From Octopus bimaculoides (Eukaryota), in NCBI RefSeq assembly GCF_001194135.2, contig NC_068982.1, positions 170,838,828-170,877,610 of the forward strand: a DNA stretch of 38,783 nt, read 5' to 3'. Below, piece after piece: positions 1 to 12,146 of the stretch. The position numbers and the translations under genes are program-made. Position 1 is the stretch's first letter; every line of letters starts with the position of its first letter. A model generated the notes under the pieces. It was not told the DNA's origin. It saw only the letters and a program-made list of their open reading frames with translations, and did not search any database.

Positions 1-154
1 GTTTCTTAAACATTCACTTGAACAAAACTGTACAAATCCAAATATATGGTACCCTAGGCATAACACCTACATGAACTTCTAACTTGTTGTCTCTTGAGGT
101 CTCTGGGTGAGACTTGGATCCAACTTGTACAAATGCAAAACAAAAGTCAAACAT
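1..154 (+). mobile_element. 3' UTR end of an R4/Dong-type RLE LINE, cut by the window edge
   Basis: Aligns by eye to the reverse complement of 22226-22380, which is the 3' UTR directly after an RLE ORF stop. Shared blocks include ccaaatatatgg.accctaggcataacacc, ctcttgaggtctctgggt and caaaagtcaaacat. Followed by an (AAT)n tail. Confidence 0.8.
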
Positions 155-156
155 AA

Positions 157-197
<41 letters not shown>

Positions 198-262
198 TGA
201 TGATAATAATAATAATAATGATGATAATAATAATAATAATAATAATAATAATAGTAGTAATG
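155..262. repeat. (AAT)n/(GAT)n microsatellite shared as tail by the plus-strand LINE and the minus-strand SINE
   Basis: Direct inspection. Confidence 0.95.
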
Positions 263-267
263 ATCAT

Positions 268-444
268 TTCTGCTATAAGCACAAGGCCTGAATTTTACAG
301 GCAGAGGGCTAATTGCAACATCGAGACCTGTGCTCAAAGGGTACTTATTTTACCCACCTTGAGATGATGAATTGTCGACCTCGGCGGAAATGTCACTAAA
401 CATTAAGTCTGGCGTACTACCACTTCTACCGGCTCGCCACCTTG
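268..444 (-). mobile_element. tRNA-derived SINE, family 1, diverged
   Basis: Reverse complement reads caaggtggcgagccggtagaa...ttccgccgaggtcgac...aaaataagtacc...aaattcaggccttgtgcttatagcaga, matching the copies at 4680 and 12147. Confidence 0.8.
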
Positions 445-742
445 ATAAAAGAATTGCTGCGTACACCTCACCAGTACGAACGTGCAGCAAATGATGCAAT
501 AAAAAGTTATTTGGTACTCTCAGATGTCAAATGTTAATAGTGAGGACGATGGTGACGAATATTACCTTATCTCATTCAATGAGAGACGCGAGTTTGCCCA
601 GAAACTCTGGGGGTAACAGCGAAAATGAACCTGGACCTTTAAGGGACGGCTTCTCGCTCAGCAGTGGTTCAGTACAGATGCAGATTGATAACAGCTGTTA
701 TCCTAAGACAGGATGAGCAGATAATAGAGTAAGGAGGAGGAA

Positions 743-3713
743 GTGGGCCAGTGCTTCTTAGAAAGTGAATCTAAAAGAATGAGTTATAGAAAACGGATGT
801 TAACACTTTGGGTAGAGAAGGGTATGTTTAAAGTGACTGAGCAGAGACCAGTAGACCAAGTTAATGCTATTAAGAGAAGAAAGTGGATGCCGGAATTGGA
901 GGTGGAAGAGATCACAAGACAACTAGAAAAGAAAGACGTGACAATAGAAAAGCTAAAGAACAGTATAAGCAAAAGAAGAACCTAACGGAATAAATAATAA
1001 TAGCACCACGATCAAGAAGGGACAACTGGCACCACCAACGTAAGCGACATAAGTTAGGAAGATCAGAATCAGAAGATTTTAGATGAGTTGCAGGAAGCAA
1101 TGGGTAAAGAAACAAGAAAACAATTTCCAGTATTAAAAGATAAAAAAATAGATTCTATTATCAGGAGAATAAATACTGAAAATATACGTGACACTAACTT
1201 ATTGATCAATGCAAAAGAGGTAGTAGTTGTTAGATTAGGGATTCCTCAAGGAAAGATTGGAAAAAAATAAGTGTGGGAAAGGAGATTACGAAATAAAGTG
1301 AAGATTTTAAGACAGGATCAAAGTAGAATAGCAGCATGGAAACTAAACAAGTTTGGAAACACGAGATTTACATCACTCGAGAAAGATTCTTAATCAGACA
1401 GAAAGTAGTTGAGATAGTCATGGGAGATTTGAAACTTGCGTATCATAGCAGTAGCAAGTAAGCTTTCCAGATATCAGAAAAGACTACAGCAATATCAACA
1501 GAATAGATTACTTGAGACTGACCAGAGGAGATTTTATAGCTACATAGATAGTGAATAAAAAAGTCTTGAAGATGAGAAACCTAATGCAGAAGAAGCTAGA
1601 AAGTTCTGGAGTATTATTTGGGATAAGCCAGTCAATCATAATGAAGATGCAGTATGGTTAAAGAAAGTGAGGGAAGTAGTGAATAAGAAGCAGCCAGATT
1701 TAAGACTAATTATGCATTAATGAGTAACGTTTTAGTTAAAGTGTCGAACTGGAAGGGCACAGGACCAAATTTAGTTCAAGGGTACTGGTTAATGAAGTTT
1801 AGCAGCTTACATGGGAGATTGCAGGAACAATTTCAGGATTGCCTGAATGGAAGAGTAATACTAGAGGGAGAACAAGATGACTAGAGGGAGAACAAGACTG
1901 CTTATGAAAATCAAAAGCAAGGGTAATACAGCTAGTAATAATAAGCCAATCACTTGCTTACTGTCAGTGTAGAAGTTGTTAATAGGAATTCTATTAGAAC
2001 GCTTAAGGAGCACCTTGGCAGCCAGAATTTGCTACAAGAACAGAAAGAATGCAAGTAGAAGTCTAGAGGAGCGTATGATTTACATAGACAAAGCAGTTCT
2101 AAATGAAGTCAAATCTAGAAAGAAAGATTTTTACAATAGCATGGAAAGATTAAAAGAAAGCCTATGACATGACGCCACACTAATGGATAAATGAATGCTT
2201 GAGTGTATTTAGTATTGGAGACAACATAATAGAATTAATAGCTTAAGCACGAAGAAATTGAAAATAGATCTCTCCTCAGGTTACGCAGACTTAGGGAAAG
2301 TCAATATCATGAGAGGAATTTTCCAATGAGACTTGCCCCTTTTAATATTTGTGTTATGCTTTAATCTCCCTCAGATTAGAACTAAGGAAGGCAAAGGCAG
2401 GAAATCATTTCAGAAATAGTAAAAGTGAAATTAGCCATTTACTCTACAAGTATCATCTGAAGCTTCTTAGTAAGAATGGAAAAGAGATAGATTCCTTAAT
2501 ACAAACTCTTCAGCAAAGATATGGATATGGAATTTAGCACAGATAAGTGATCAATATTAGTCATAAAAATGAATGGGACAGGTAATCGGCTTTGAAGGCA
2601 TCCAATTACCAGAAAGCCAGACATTAAAATAACTGAAAGAAGTAATAACTATAGAAATGAAAACGAAAATTGAGAAAGAGTTCTTCAGAAAGGTGAGGAA
2701 GCTAATGAAATCAAGCTAAATCGTCCGAATCTAGTAAAGGCTATAAATACTTCGGCAGTATCATTATTTAGATATTCGGCAACTTTTGTAGATTGGACAA
2801 AATCTGAATTTGCAATCTAGATAGAATAACTATCAAGCAAGTCAATGGAAATTTTCACCGAAGAGCAGGACTAACAAAATTATACCTAGCTAGAAAGGAA
2901 AGAGGAAGAGGGTTAATATCAGTAGACGACTGCGTGGAGTTAACTAGAGTAAATATAGCTCCTATCTAGTTAATAGTGAAGAAAGTTTATTAAAAGCTGT
3001 TAGAGTCACAGTTGGACATATGGTAAAATCGGATAAAAAAAGGATTATCTGACTAGTGAGACATGGTTATGGTTTCAGAAGGGGGTGGGGCTGTTAGTAG
3101 CAGCATAAGATCAAGTAGCGAGGATTAATTGGATAAAAACCAAGATAGACAAAAACCAGGCGGATTCCCAATGGAGGTTATGTAAATCAAAAGAGGAAAG
3201 TGCTACTCATATAGTAAGTGAATTTTGCATGCTCGTGCAGAAAGAACAACTTAGAGAGAGTGATCCACTTGGAGGTATGTAGAAACCTAGGATTTAACCA
3301 TATTGATAAATGGGATGAACGTGAACCTAGTTAAGGACTAGAATGTAAGATATATAAGATGTGGAACTTTAAAATTCAGACGGACAGAGTAATACAAGTT
3401 AGAAGGCTTGATTTAGTAGTAATAGACAATGAGGAAAAAACGTGCTAGATAACTGACTTTAGAGTCCCAAATGATGACAAATAAGAGAGGTATAGTAAAA
3501 ATAGCAAAGTACTAGAAACTAACCATTGGATGACAGAGACTATGGAAAGAGCGGGTAAAATGTATCCCAGTAGTAATAAGGGGCATTAGAAAATCTCCAT
3601 AAGATTTGAACAGATGGATTGAGGAAATAGGTATAAAATGTAGTTTAACAGAGCTCCAGAAAACAGTGTTATTAGGGACAACTAGAACACTTAGGAAGGT
3701 TTGTGGTATCTAA
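743..3713 (+). pseudogene. Disrupted RT-RLE polyprotein ORF of the R4/Dong-type LINE
   Basis: Many stops and frameshifts. The catalytic QGD and YxDD motifs are destroyed. A 20-bp-period tandem duplication sits at 1861-1897. Confidence 0.88.
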
Positions 3714-3783
3714 GGATACTTGTAGCCCGATGCTAGGAATATTTTGTTTTTGCAACAGTTTAATCTATTGTGCATGCATGAAA

Positions 3784-3784
3784 C

Positions 3785-3851
<67 letters not shown>

Positions 3852-3868
3852 TGATGATGATGATGATG

Positions 3869-3917
<49 letters not shown>
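3784..3917. repeat. (GAT)n(AAT)n LINE tail
   Basis: Direct inspection. Confidence 0.95.
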
Positions 3918-3918
<1 letters not shown>

Positions 3919-4295
3919 CTTACTTATCAACCAATCATGTCCGTTTGATTCCGGATCGTAAAAAAAAATAAAAAAAATACAATATCTTAAAATTTGAAAC
4001 AGGAAGAATTTGTAACATGCGAACAGGAACGTTTGTGCCTATAGTAATAGGTGCTTTCGGAACCGTAAGCAACAATATTAACAAATGGCTGAAGGAGATT
4101 GAAATAGACTGCCCGGTAGAGCTCCGACAGAAAGTTTGTCTCTTCAGGGCAGCAAGGATTGTCAGGAGAGTTCTAAGCCTCCTGATAAGATTGCTGACGA
4201 CTTGTAGATACTTAAGGTTACTTGTAGTAGCCTGCGATCCACAAAGATCTTATCAAGAATAAGACCGAACCTGAGCCAAACCAAAACAATACTGT
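3918..4295 (+). mobile_element. 5'-truncated R4/Dong-type LINE, second family: RLE C-terminus plus 3' UTR
   Basis: Reads LLINQSCPFDSG...YNILKFETGRICNMRTGTFVPIVIGAFGTV...QKVCLFRAARIVRRVLS, homologous to ORF 16376-16735. Both copies end aataag.ccgaacc.gagccaaaccaaaacaata. Confidence 0.88.
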
Positions 4296-4303
4296 CATTA
4301 CAA

Positions 4304-4304
4304 T

Positions 4305-4402
<98 letters not shown>

Positions 4403-4420
4403 CATTATTATTATTATTAG
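4304..4420. repeat. (CAT)n(ATT)n microsatellite
   Basis: Direct inspection. Confidence 0.95.
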
Positions 4421-4426
4421 TATTGA

Positions 4427-4621
4427 AAAGGCGTTGAGCTGGTAGAATCGTTAGCACGCGTTATTTCATTTGCCGCTAATCTCTGAGTTCAAATTCCATC
4501 GAGGTCGACTTTGCCTTTTATCATTTCGTGGTCGATAAATTAAGTACCAGTGAAATACTGGTGTCGTTGTAATCGACTCGTCCCTTTCTCCAAAATGGCT
4601 GCCCTTGTGGTAAAAGTATTA

Positions 4622-4677
<56 letters not shown>
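4427..4677 (+). mobile_element. tRNA-derived SINE family 1 with (ATT)n tail
   Basis: A-box-like gagctggtagaatcgttagc, B-box-like ctgagttcaaattcc, body gaggtcgactttgcctt...gtcgataaattaagtaccag, tail 4619-4677. Confidence 0.88.
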
Positions 4678-4679
4678 GT

Positions 4680-4900
4680 CAAGGCGGTGAGCTGGCAGAA
4701 ACGTTAGCGCGCCGGATTAAGTTCCTAGCGGTATTTCCCCCGTCGTTACGTTCTGAGTTCAAATTCTGCAGAGGTCGGTTTTGCCTTTCATCCTTTCGGG
4801 GTCGATAAATTAAGTACCAGTTGCGTACTAGGGTCGATCGAATCGACTGGCCCTTTCCCCAAAAAATTCGGGCTTTGTGCCTATAGTAGAAAAGATTATT
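4680..4900 (+). mobile_element. tRNA-derived SINE family 1, second unit of a tandem pair
   Basis: aaggcggtgagctggcagaaacgttagc...gttctgagttcaaattc...cggggtcgataaattaagtaccagttgcgtact...ttgtgcctatagtagaaaagattatt. Confidence 0.9.
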
Positions 4901-4954
4901 GTTGTTGTTTATGATTTTAATTTTTATTACCATCACTAACGCGTNNNNNNNNNN

Positions 4955-5045
4955 TTCTCCTCCTCCCGTCCTCCTCTTTGTCCTCCAAGTCGTCCTTGTC
5001 TTACACCTCTTCCCCCTCCTCCTCCTCCTCCTCCTCCTCCTCCTC

Positions 5046-5087
<42 letters not shown>

Positions 5088-5100
5088 GTAGTAGCAACAA
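4955..5100. repeat. (CTC)n(TAC)n microsatellite
   Basis: Direct inspection. Confidence 0.9.
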
Positions 5101-6398
5101 CAGCTGCAGTCGTAGTATTATATAACTAATATAAAATCAGAACACGTCATCCTAATCCTGTTTGTGATTGCGGTAAACTTGGGGCTTGCAAGATGTATAG
5201 CCATAGTTGTAGACTTCCAATGATATCAGACAAAGAAAAATCTGAATTACTGGCAAGGGACCGTTATAACTAGAATTGAAATGAAATCTAAAAATTGTAG
5301 GTGAGGAACAGCATGTAAATGTAACTGAAAGAAGAAAATAAGGTGAAGATAATGAGATGAAGGAAGATGAGAATGGCGAATACAGTGAAGCAAGGAGGGA
5401 GATGAATTCATACAAGAGATGAGAACAATAAATAAAAATAACGACAAAAAATATATATAAGACAAATTCATTGAAGCAGGCGAACAAATAAGTATTAATT
5501 ATCAAAAAATTTTAAAATGAAACAAAGTAAAAGTTAAACAGTGTAAAATAGCAGTAGATATTTATTGGGATAAGAAAAAAAAAGTAGTGAATATACAAAG
5601 AAGAAATTGGCTAAAGAAAGGATAAAAGAAAAAAAGAATGGAATGAGATTAATGAACAAAATAAGTTTTTTTTTTTTAAATGCTACGAAATACATAAAAA
5701 AAGAAAATATAGAAGAAAGATTCAGTAAAAACTAATGCTGAATACTACGAACAATAACAATGCTGAATGAAAATATATTGAAGAATGGAGCAAAATAATG
5801 GAAAGAAGGTGGAAGGGAAGCGGAATGAAGGAGAAAGAAAAGAATGACGAAAGAAAAACGAAAGTAAAGACAAGGGAATAAATAAAAAAAATAGAATGAT
5901 TTGGATAAAAATAATAATCCAAAAACTGATAACTAAATTGGCGAAGGAATATTTAGAAAAATGTAGTTGAACGATTAAGAAAAAAACCCACAAATTGTTA
6001 TGGAAACGTATTCATATCCACCATATTGGCAATCTGTTATTCAGTCAAGCACGGTAAACATGTGTTACAATTTATCATTTTATTACCTTTGTTTTTCGTT
6101 CATATACCCGTAATAAATTGCTCCCACAAATACGTGTATAATCTGGCTTAGATACAAATAAGCCCTTGCCTATAGTCAGAAACAGAACCATACAAACATA
6201 TTTTAATAAGTAATACTCCCGTTAAAATAAATTACACATGCATTATGATTGGTGCAAAAATCTTCATATTGTCTTTTAACTGCTAGCTAAAATGTGGGAG
6301 TTTATTTTATACATCACACTTTCATCTTGTGTCGTTTTAGCGAATTCTAGCCGGTTGTTTGTATTATTTTTATTGTAACCTCTCTTTGTATGAGCTTT

Positions 6399-6438
<40 letters not shown>

Positions 6439-8149
6439 CGATTATAGGTCTGATTATAAGTGGCTTGCGTTTAAATAGAATAAATAACTATGAAAGTTAG
6501 CTTTTTAAAACATACTTATGAAACCGTTCCTTCCTAATAAGAAAGACATGCACAATACCAATCTCCAAGAATATTTCATTACCTCGCTCCAGGATCTCTA
6601 TGAATATATGCACCTATTCTAGAGAGTGAGATATCTTTAAATTTCAATAAGCTGAGTATATAAACAAATGTCTTTTTTTTTATTTACAACGAACCGTTTA
6701 TAACTTCCGTGAATATATGGCATTGGTGGGATACTGTTTCAACTTGTAATAGCGAATGATTATAATGCCATACAAATTTTGAGTGGTGAAGAAATTCTAT
6801 TCATTTGCTAATTAAAATCATTATGTAACGAACGTTTCTGTATGATATGGCTGATATAATTACGATAGCCACAATTTAGTGTAAATGCATAATGTGTTTC
6901 TGGCGATGTAGCAAGCTTGCAACGTTTTGAAATGCTATGTTGTATTCACAAGATCGATTTTACTGTTCTTTTCATTAAACATTGGAATTATATGTGAATG
7001 TTTGCCAAGTCCTACCTTGTTACATTTGATATAAGAATGAACAGAGAATATTGATGTGCCAATATTTATTTATCATGATCTTCATATCAGTACAATGCGC
7101 GTGTGACATGGAAAGGGCTTACTAAAGAAATTACAGTTGCAGTCGTCCTTTTTTAAATTTTATTGAAATCAAAACAATGACGTGGGTATCTAGGCAGTCC
7201 CTTCTTTCATTCTTTGTAATAAAATAAAATCATTTAGAAACAAAAATGGTGCATTGTCTAATGGTTACACTGTTGGAGTAACGGTTTTCAGTCCCACGTT
7301 GCAGCTCCAATAACTCTCAGTTGAATTCACTATGCAAAGAACTGGCCTCTCGTTAAGATGATAGACTTTACGCCCAAAGCATGAAAGCCGGGATAAGATC
7401 CGGCTTACAGATCCGCAAACTTAGAATTGAGAGAAAAAGAAAAAAGGTAATTTAAGCAATATTTACTTCAATTGAAAAAAATACGATAGAAGAAAACCAC
7501 AAATATATAATGTATAATCATAAAAAGGTGATTATGCCTGGATTACCCACAGCGTGATCCACTAAGTCCCTGAAATATTCAGAAAACCTTTCAATAATTT
7601 TGAAGCGACGGGGCGTATTCAATCGCACGAGGATCAGCATTCAGCTACAAAAATTTACAGGAGCACTGGTTGGTAACACTTCTATTTCAATTGTATCCTG
7701 CTTTTCAGGTGATAGATAAAAACCCTCTTTAGAGCCTTAACCGAATGTCAAATTATCTGCGCACAACCATTGCTGCCCTGTTTATGACAATACTTAATTT
7801 TCCAATAGCAGCGTACTCTCCAAAATGGCCACCATTTTTTGCCGAGAGCCAATTTCTCCTTTCAAGAAAGATATATGAAGTAGTAAATGAATAATCCAGC
7901 TTAATTTTTCACCTCAAACATCACTAATGTTCGGTCACATATTAAACAAGTGGATAGGGAATACATAATGCATTTCAAACAGTCGGGCAACAGACATGCG
8001 TATATTTCAAACAACACTACTCTGTCAGAAAATTTATCTTGGAATGGCAATGCTTCCAAAAACATAGCTAAGCGAAAGCTAACTTTGTAAAAGTACCTGT
8101 AATTTTTTAATATTTTCAAATTACTACAATAAATGAGTATATCACATAC

Positions 8150-8362
8150 GCACACATATTCACACACACATGCACGTGCGTGCGCATCCCACATACGTAC
8201 ACACACATCTATACATACTTATTACATGCACACATATATACACATAGATATGTACACATACACATATGTCCAGAGAGCGATAGAAAGGTAGATAGATAGA
8301 TATGGAGGGAGAGAAAGAGAGAAAGAGAGAGAAATAAAGTAAGTAGGAGAGAGAGAGAGAGG

Positions 8363-8410
<48 letters not shown>
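8150..8410. repeat. (CA)n then (GA)n compound microsatellite
   Basis: Direct inspection. Confidence 0.9.
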
Positions 8411-8411
<1 letters not shown>

Positions 8412-8499
8412 TAAGATTGAAAAATGGAGGGAGAGTAAAGAATATTGTGCAGTATAAAGTTACAATTTACAAAAGTAGAGAAAATTTTAAATTTGAGGC

Positions 8500-9510
8500 T
8501 AGAATAGATATAATTTAGATGAAGTCTTTCGAATAAACTAGAAAATATAGGGCAACATACAATCGGTATTAGAACTAGAAATGAAAGTGGACAGTATGAG
8601 AAGATCAGAAGAAGAATACGGCAAGGGTGTATATTATTATCAGACCTATTTTTATCATAGATTAGATATACAGACAGGAATGTAAATTATTGCCAATATG
8701 CATTAGGCAGACGGCACAGTTAATTTATACAAACGACAGAGATCTTCAAACATTAGTTACTGATATTAATGATGAAGATGAAATGATATATCTAGGTCTT
8801 AACAAATCAAAGCAAAAGTAAATCAAATAATCAAAATAACAAAAGGAACAATGACAATCTCGAAGAAGATATCACCAATTTGCAATATATGAATTAACAA
8901 TATTGGGATAAGATATTAGCTGCAAATATTTGGCAACCATCGTTACATCAGAGGGGAGAAACATCAAAGAAATTAAGTGAATGTTTGGCGATGTGGGTAC
9001 GCTATTGCAATTTTTGGTTAGATCAAACATATATTATCAAATATATACCGATTGGAATAAAAAATCCTAGACATAATGAAAGCATACGTAAATATCAGTA
9101 TCAGTGGTTTAGACGAAATATTCTATACGGGAACAATGCGAAAAGTAAGTAGGAAATCCGTTCAGATTACTGAAGAATGAATATGTCCTTAATAAACAAC
9201 ATACTGAAAAAGATTATAAACATATCTGAGAAAGCTGAGTGAAATCAATAACGAAATGGTACAACTAAATAAGCGATAAAATGCGTAGAAAAATAAAATG
9301 AAATAAGTAATCCGCAAAACCAAGAATTTATTAAACGAAATACCGTTACTAATTTACAATGCTTCAGTTGGTATCAAAAGCGACAGCTAAGCTCAAATTA
9401 TTTTATCAAGAACTAGATAAATAAATAATGGAAATCAACCGAAACAGAAACCCGAACCAAAAATGAGCGACAAGCAAGAATTATGGAGAGGGGTATAGCC
9501 AGCGAAAATT
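8500..9510 (+). mobile_element. Heavily decayed RTE-clade-like LINE reverse transcriptase relic
   Basis: Remnants EKIRRRIRQGCILLSDLF (QG motif at about 8616), YA..DGTV...RDLQTLVTDINDE (YADD region, about 8700-8775), GLNKSK, and KYLATIVTSEGRNIKEIK (8924-8977), in the order expected for RTE RT. Confidence 0.65.
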
Positions 9511-10229
9511 TCATTACAGATGACGGTGTTCAAAACAACAAACAACATCTTTGATAGCGATTAGTTTCTCTTGTATCATGGTAAAATAGCACCAATAATA
9601 ATAAGCGGACACACAGAATATGTCAAATGACAATAGTAAACATTTCTATAGATACTGCTTAATAAGAAAGAACCCTGCATTTGAAGACAGGACTCATATC
9701 TTATTCCGCCAGGTCCTAATGTTTAAGTGACATGTTAAAAAAGGTGCCGATACAAATACTATATACAGAAATTCAGACATCTTATGTTTATAAACAACCT
9801 TGAGTTACATTCTAGATAATAAGAAACTTCAAACATTACTGCACACATTAATCATCCAAAATGGTTCTTGCTATCAGTACACGCTTTTAGTCATGTTATA
9901 AACATGAGATGTGTATTAGAAAAATATGCAAAGGAAAATGACGTGAAAAAATTTTATTAATTGCATTAATATCAAGCTAGTAAAAAAAAAAAAACAGGGA
10001 TAAATATATATATATATATATATATATANNNNNNNNNNNNNNNNNNNNNNNNNNNNNNNNNNNNNNNNNNNNNNNNNNNNNNNNNNNNNNNNNNNNNNNN
10101 NNNNNNNNNNNNNNNNNNNNNNNNNNNNNNNNNNNNNNNNNNNNNNNNNNNTATATATATTTACAACAATCGCAGAAATTTATATATTCTTAATAATAGA
10201 TTATGTATGGAAAGTACAGTATAATCAGA

Positions 10230-11050
10230 TGTGACAGAATTTTATGAAGGAATATAGCTGCATTAAATCAATACTTAAAACAGAACTAATTACAAAAATA
10301 AAGCAATATGGATTAATATTCTAGTTGTTCTAGGAAGAAGCTATAGATGCACATTTCTCAACTGGTGGTTAAAATTAACTGGCAAGTCTAGACATGACAA
10401 GACCAATATAATGGCTGCATTTAAAATGCAGAAACCAAAGCATGAAATAAAGAAATTATGTATACTATAATTACCTGAAAGTAGAGGTTTTATACAACAT
10501 CAGTATAAAATGTCCACTGTAAATCTTCCAAACGAATACGAATAGGGATGAAATAGTAATTATTTTCACTCAACAAAGAAACCTATAAAGAAGAAGCAGG
10601 AGCCGAAATGAAAAAAAAAATATTAACATGAAAAAAAAAAACGCTGTGAAAAATGAGGTTATTGGACTCCAAGCTAAGTCAATAGCCGGATGGTCTATAC
10701 ATGAACAAAAGAAGAAAAAGGCAGTACTGGCTGAGAAAGGCAGGAACTAAATGTAAGACGGTGGCTAGGGACCAAATCATTCTACTTTGAAACAAACAAA
10801 AAGTAGGTTATAAAGGTGTAAATATTAACTAACTATAGGACAAATCACAAGGTCTGTAGCGGATTAATTATATGCAAGAGAAAGCATATCTACAAGTGTG
10901 AAGGGTAGATGCCAGTATTATAAAGAAGAAACATACGTGAGTGTTAACAATATAGCCCAGAATGATCTCTGAAAACTGCAAGGTGATTATTATTTGACAT
11001 GTATATCCTTGCTAATCCAGTCTAATGGGCGTCAATTTTTTTAGTGTTCG
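10230..11050 (+). mobile_element. Decayed R4/Dong-type LINE relic, post-RT region to start of RLE
   Basis: tcaatacttaaaacagaactaatt (SILKTEL) matches tcaatactaaaaacagagctcaat at about 38700. Further remnants: ASLD...MAAFKMQKPKHEIKKL...SRGFIQ, WLRKAGTK...RDQ and ENCKVIII.DMYI. Confidence 0.55.
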
Positions 11051-12146
11051 AATATTGCTATCAACGATCAACAGGGAATAAATGCTTTTAAAACTAAATA
11101 TCAATCACAATAGATGATAATGTATTTCAAATGGAAAAAGAAAAATAGCCACATATAAATATCTGGAAAGAGAAAGAACCAGAATATGATAGTTGGAAAC
11201 AGAAACAATCTTGATAATAGGCATATTTTAAAATAATGAAAACGAATGTAGATAAATACGTAGCCAAACACAATTTACTGATTTTCTCAACACAAAATAT
11301 TTTCAATAAAAATAAAATGCGCAAAACTCAAAACAAAACACTACACTATCAGACGCAGTTCCATACATATGTGTAAGAAACTACGTTCGATAGTGTGGTG
11401 GTCGCAGAAAAGGAAAATGATACTAACAAAATAAATAAATAAATAAATAAATAAATAGAAATAATGAATAAAAATAAGTGAATAAAAAATATAACCATGT
11501 TTGTTTTTTCTCAATTTGCCATTAAAGGCAGTTCACAACCATTTATATATATTAGTTACAAAACGTGTGGTGGAGAAATATGCATTACATTGTAAGAGGT
11601 AAGTGGTGAAAGACCTTATTCAATAAATATGGGGGAAAAGTTTAAAAAAGGAATGAAACAAATAATTACACAGATTAATTAAGGGTGCTCAATGAAAACT
11701 CATCGTAAGTGAAAGAAAAGAAATTTAATTGACGGGAGAGTACCCCAACGACACAGATGTCGGAAACTGCTATTTATGCTGATCTGGGTATCTAAAATAC
11801 CTGACTACCTCAAAGACTAACATTTCAATAGTTTACCCAAAAGTTGTAAAGACAGCCACCACACAAACAACAAGTGAAGTTCACATTTTGGTAATGTCAA
11901 AGAAAGTGAAGTTATCACTAGAATGTTATTAATAGCGTCTCTTTATCTGCATTCGGTCCCAATTTCCTCCTCTATAAGTACTTTGCCTTCAGTGTACTGG
12001 TGTAGATCAATTTGGTGGTTTATTAGCCACTCGTATCTCCAAAGGAAGATCCGTGAAAAATAGCAAAATTCCTCAATCCTATAATACTTGTCAAATTTGA
12101 GTACTGCCTGTGAAGAGATCTTACGTAAAAGACGAGGATTTCCTAT

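Larger units (their letters stand above)
500..3917 (+). mobile_element. Near full-length, inactivated R4/Dong-type non-LTR retrotransposon (RT, zinc knuckle, RLE) with (GAT)n(AAT)n tail
   Basis: Collinear motif remnants across frames: N-terminal YRKRMLTLW...VTEQRPVDQVNAIKRRKW (743-985); SNWKGTGPNLVQGYWLMKF (about 1746); KPITCL (about 1943); RGIFQ*DLPL (2312); ISHLLYKYHLKL at the YMDD position (2430); GRGLISVDDC (about 2905); WRLCKSKEESATHIVSE knuckle (3172); WNFKIQTDRVIQVRRLDLVVID RLE (3362); ELQKTVLLGTTRTLRKVCGI* (stop 3711-3713). The 5' boundary is approximate. Confidence 0.9.

Noticed and set aside
14-367. ORFs with poly-Tyr/Ile runs, and all similar YIYI, CVCV, HTHT, MYVC, LSLS and X-filled ORFs in the track
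   Set aside because: They are translations of microsatellites or N gaps, not genes.
4427-4500. tRNA gene or CRISPR-like array calls on the recurring gttctgagttcaaattcc motif
   Set aside because: These are dispersed SINE heads with no cloverleaf and no regular repeat-spacer structure.
5150-6000. Several 66-117 aa hydrophobic minus-strand ORFs
   Set aside because: They come from purine-rich low-complexity plus-strand sequence, and no domain motif is recognisable.
7381-7452. Short ORF MKAGIRSGLQIRKLRIERKRKK with AAG/GTAATT and an aagccgg/ccggctt hairpin
   Set aside because: The donor is moderate, there is no clear acceptor or compatible partner exon, and the hairpin lacks hammerhead core motifs.
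7750-8206. Minus-strand frames such as RNWLSAKNGGHFGEYAAIG and ORF 7901-8206
   Set aside because: No recognisable family, weak splice sites and no start context.
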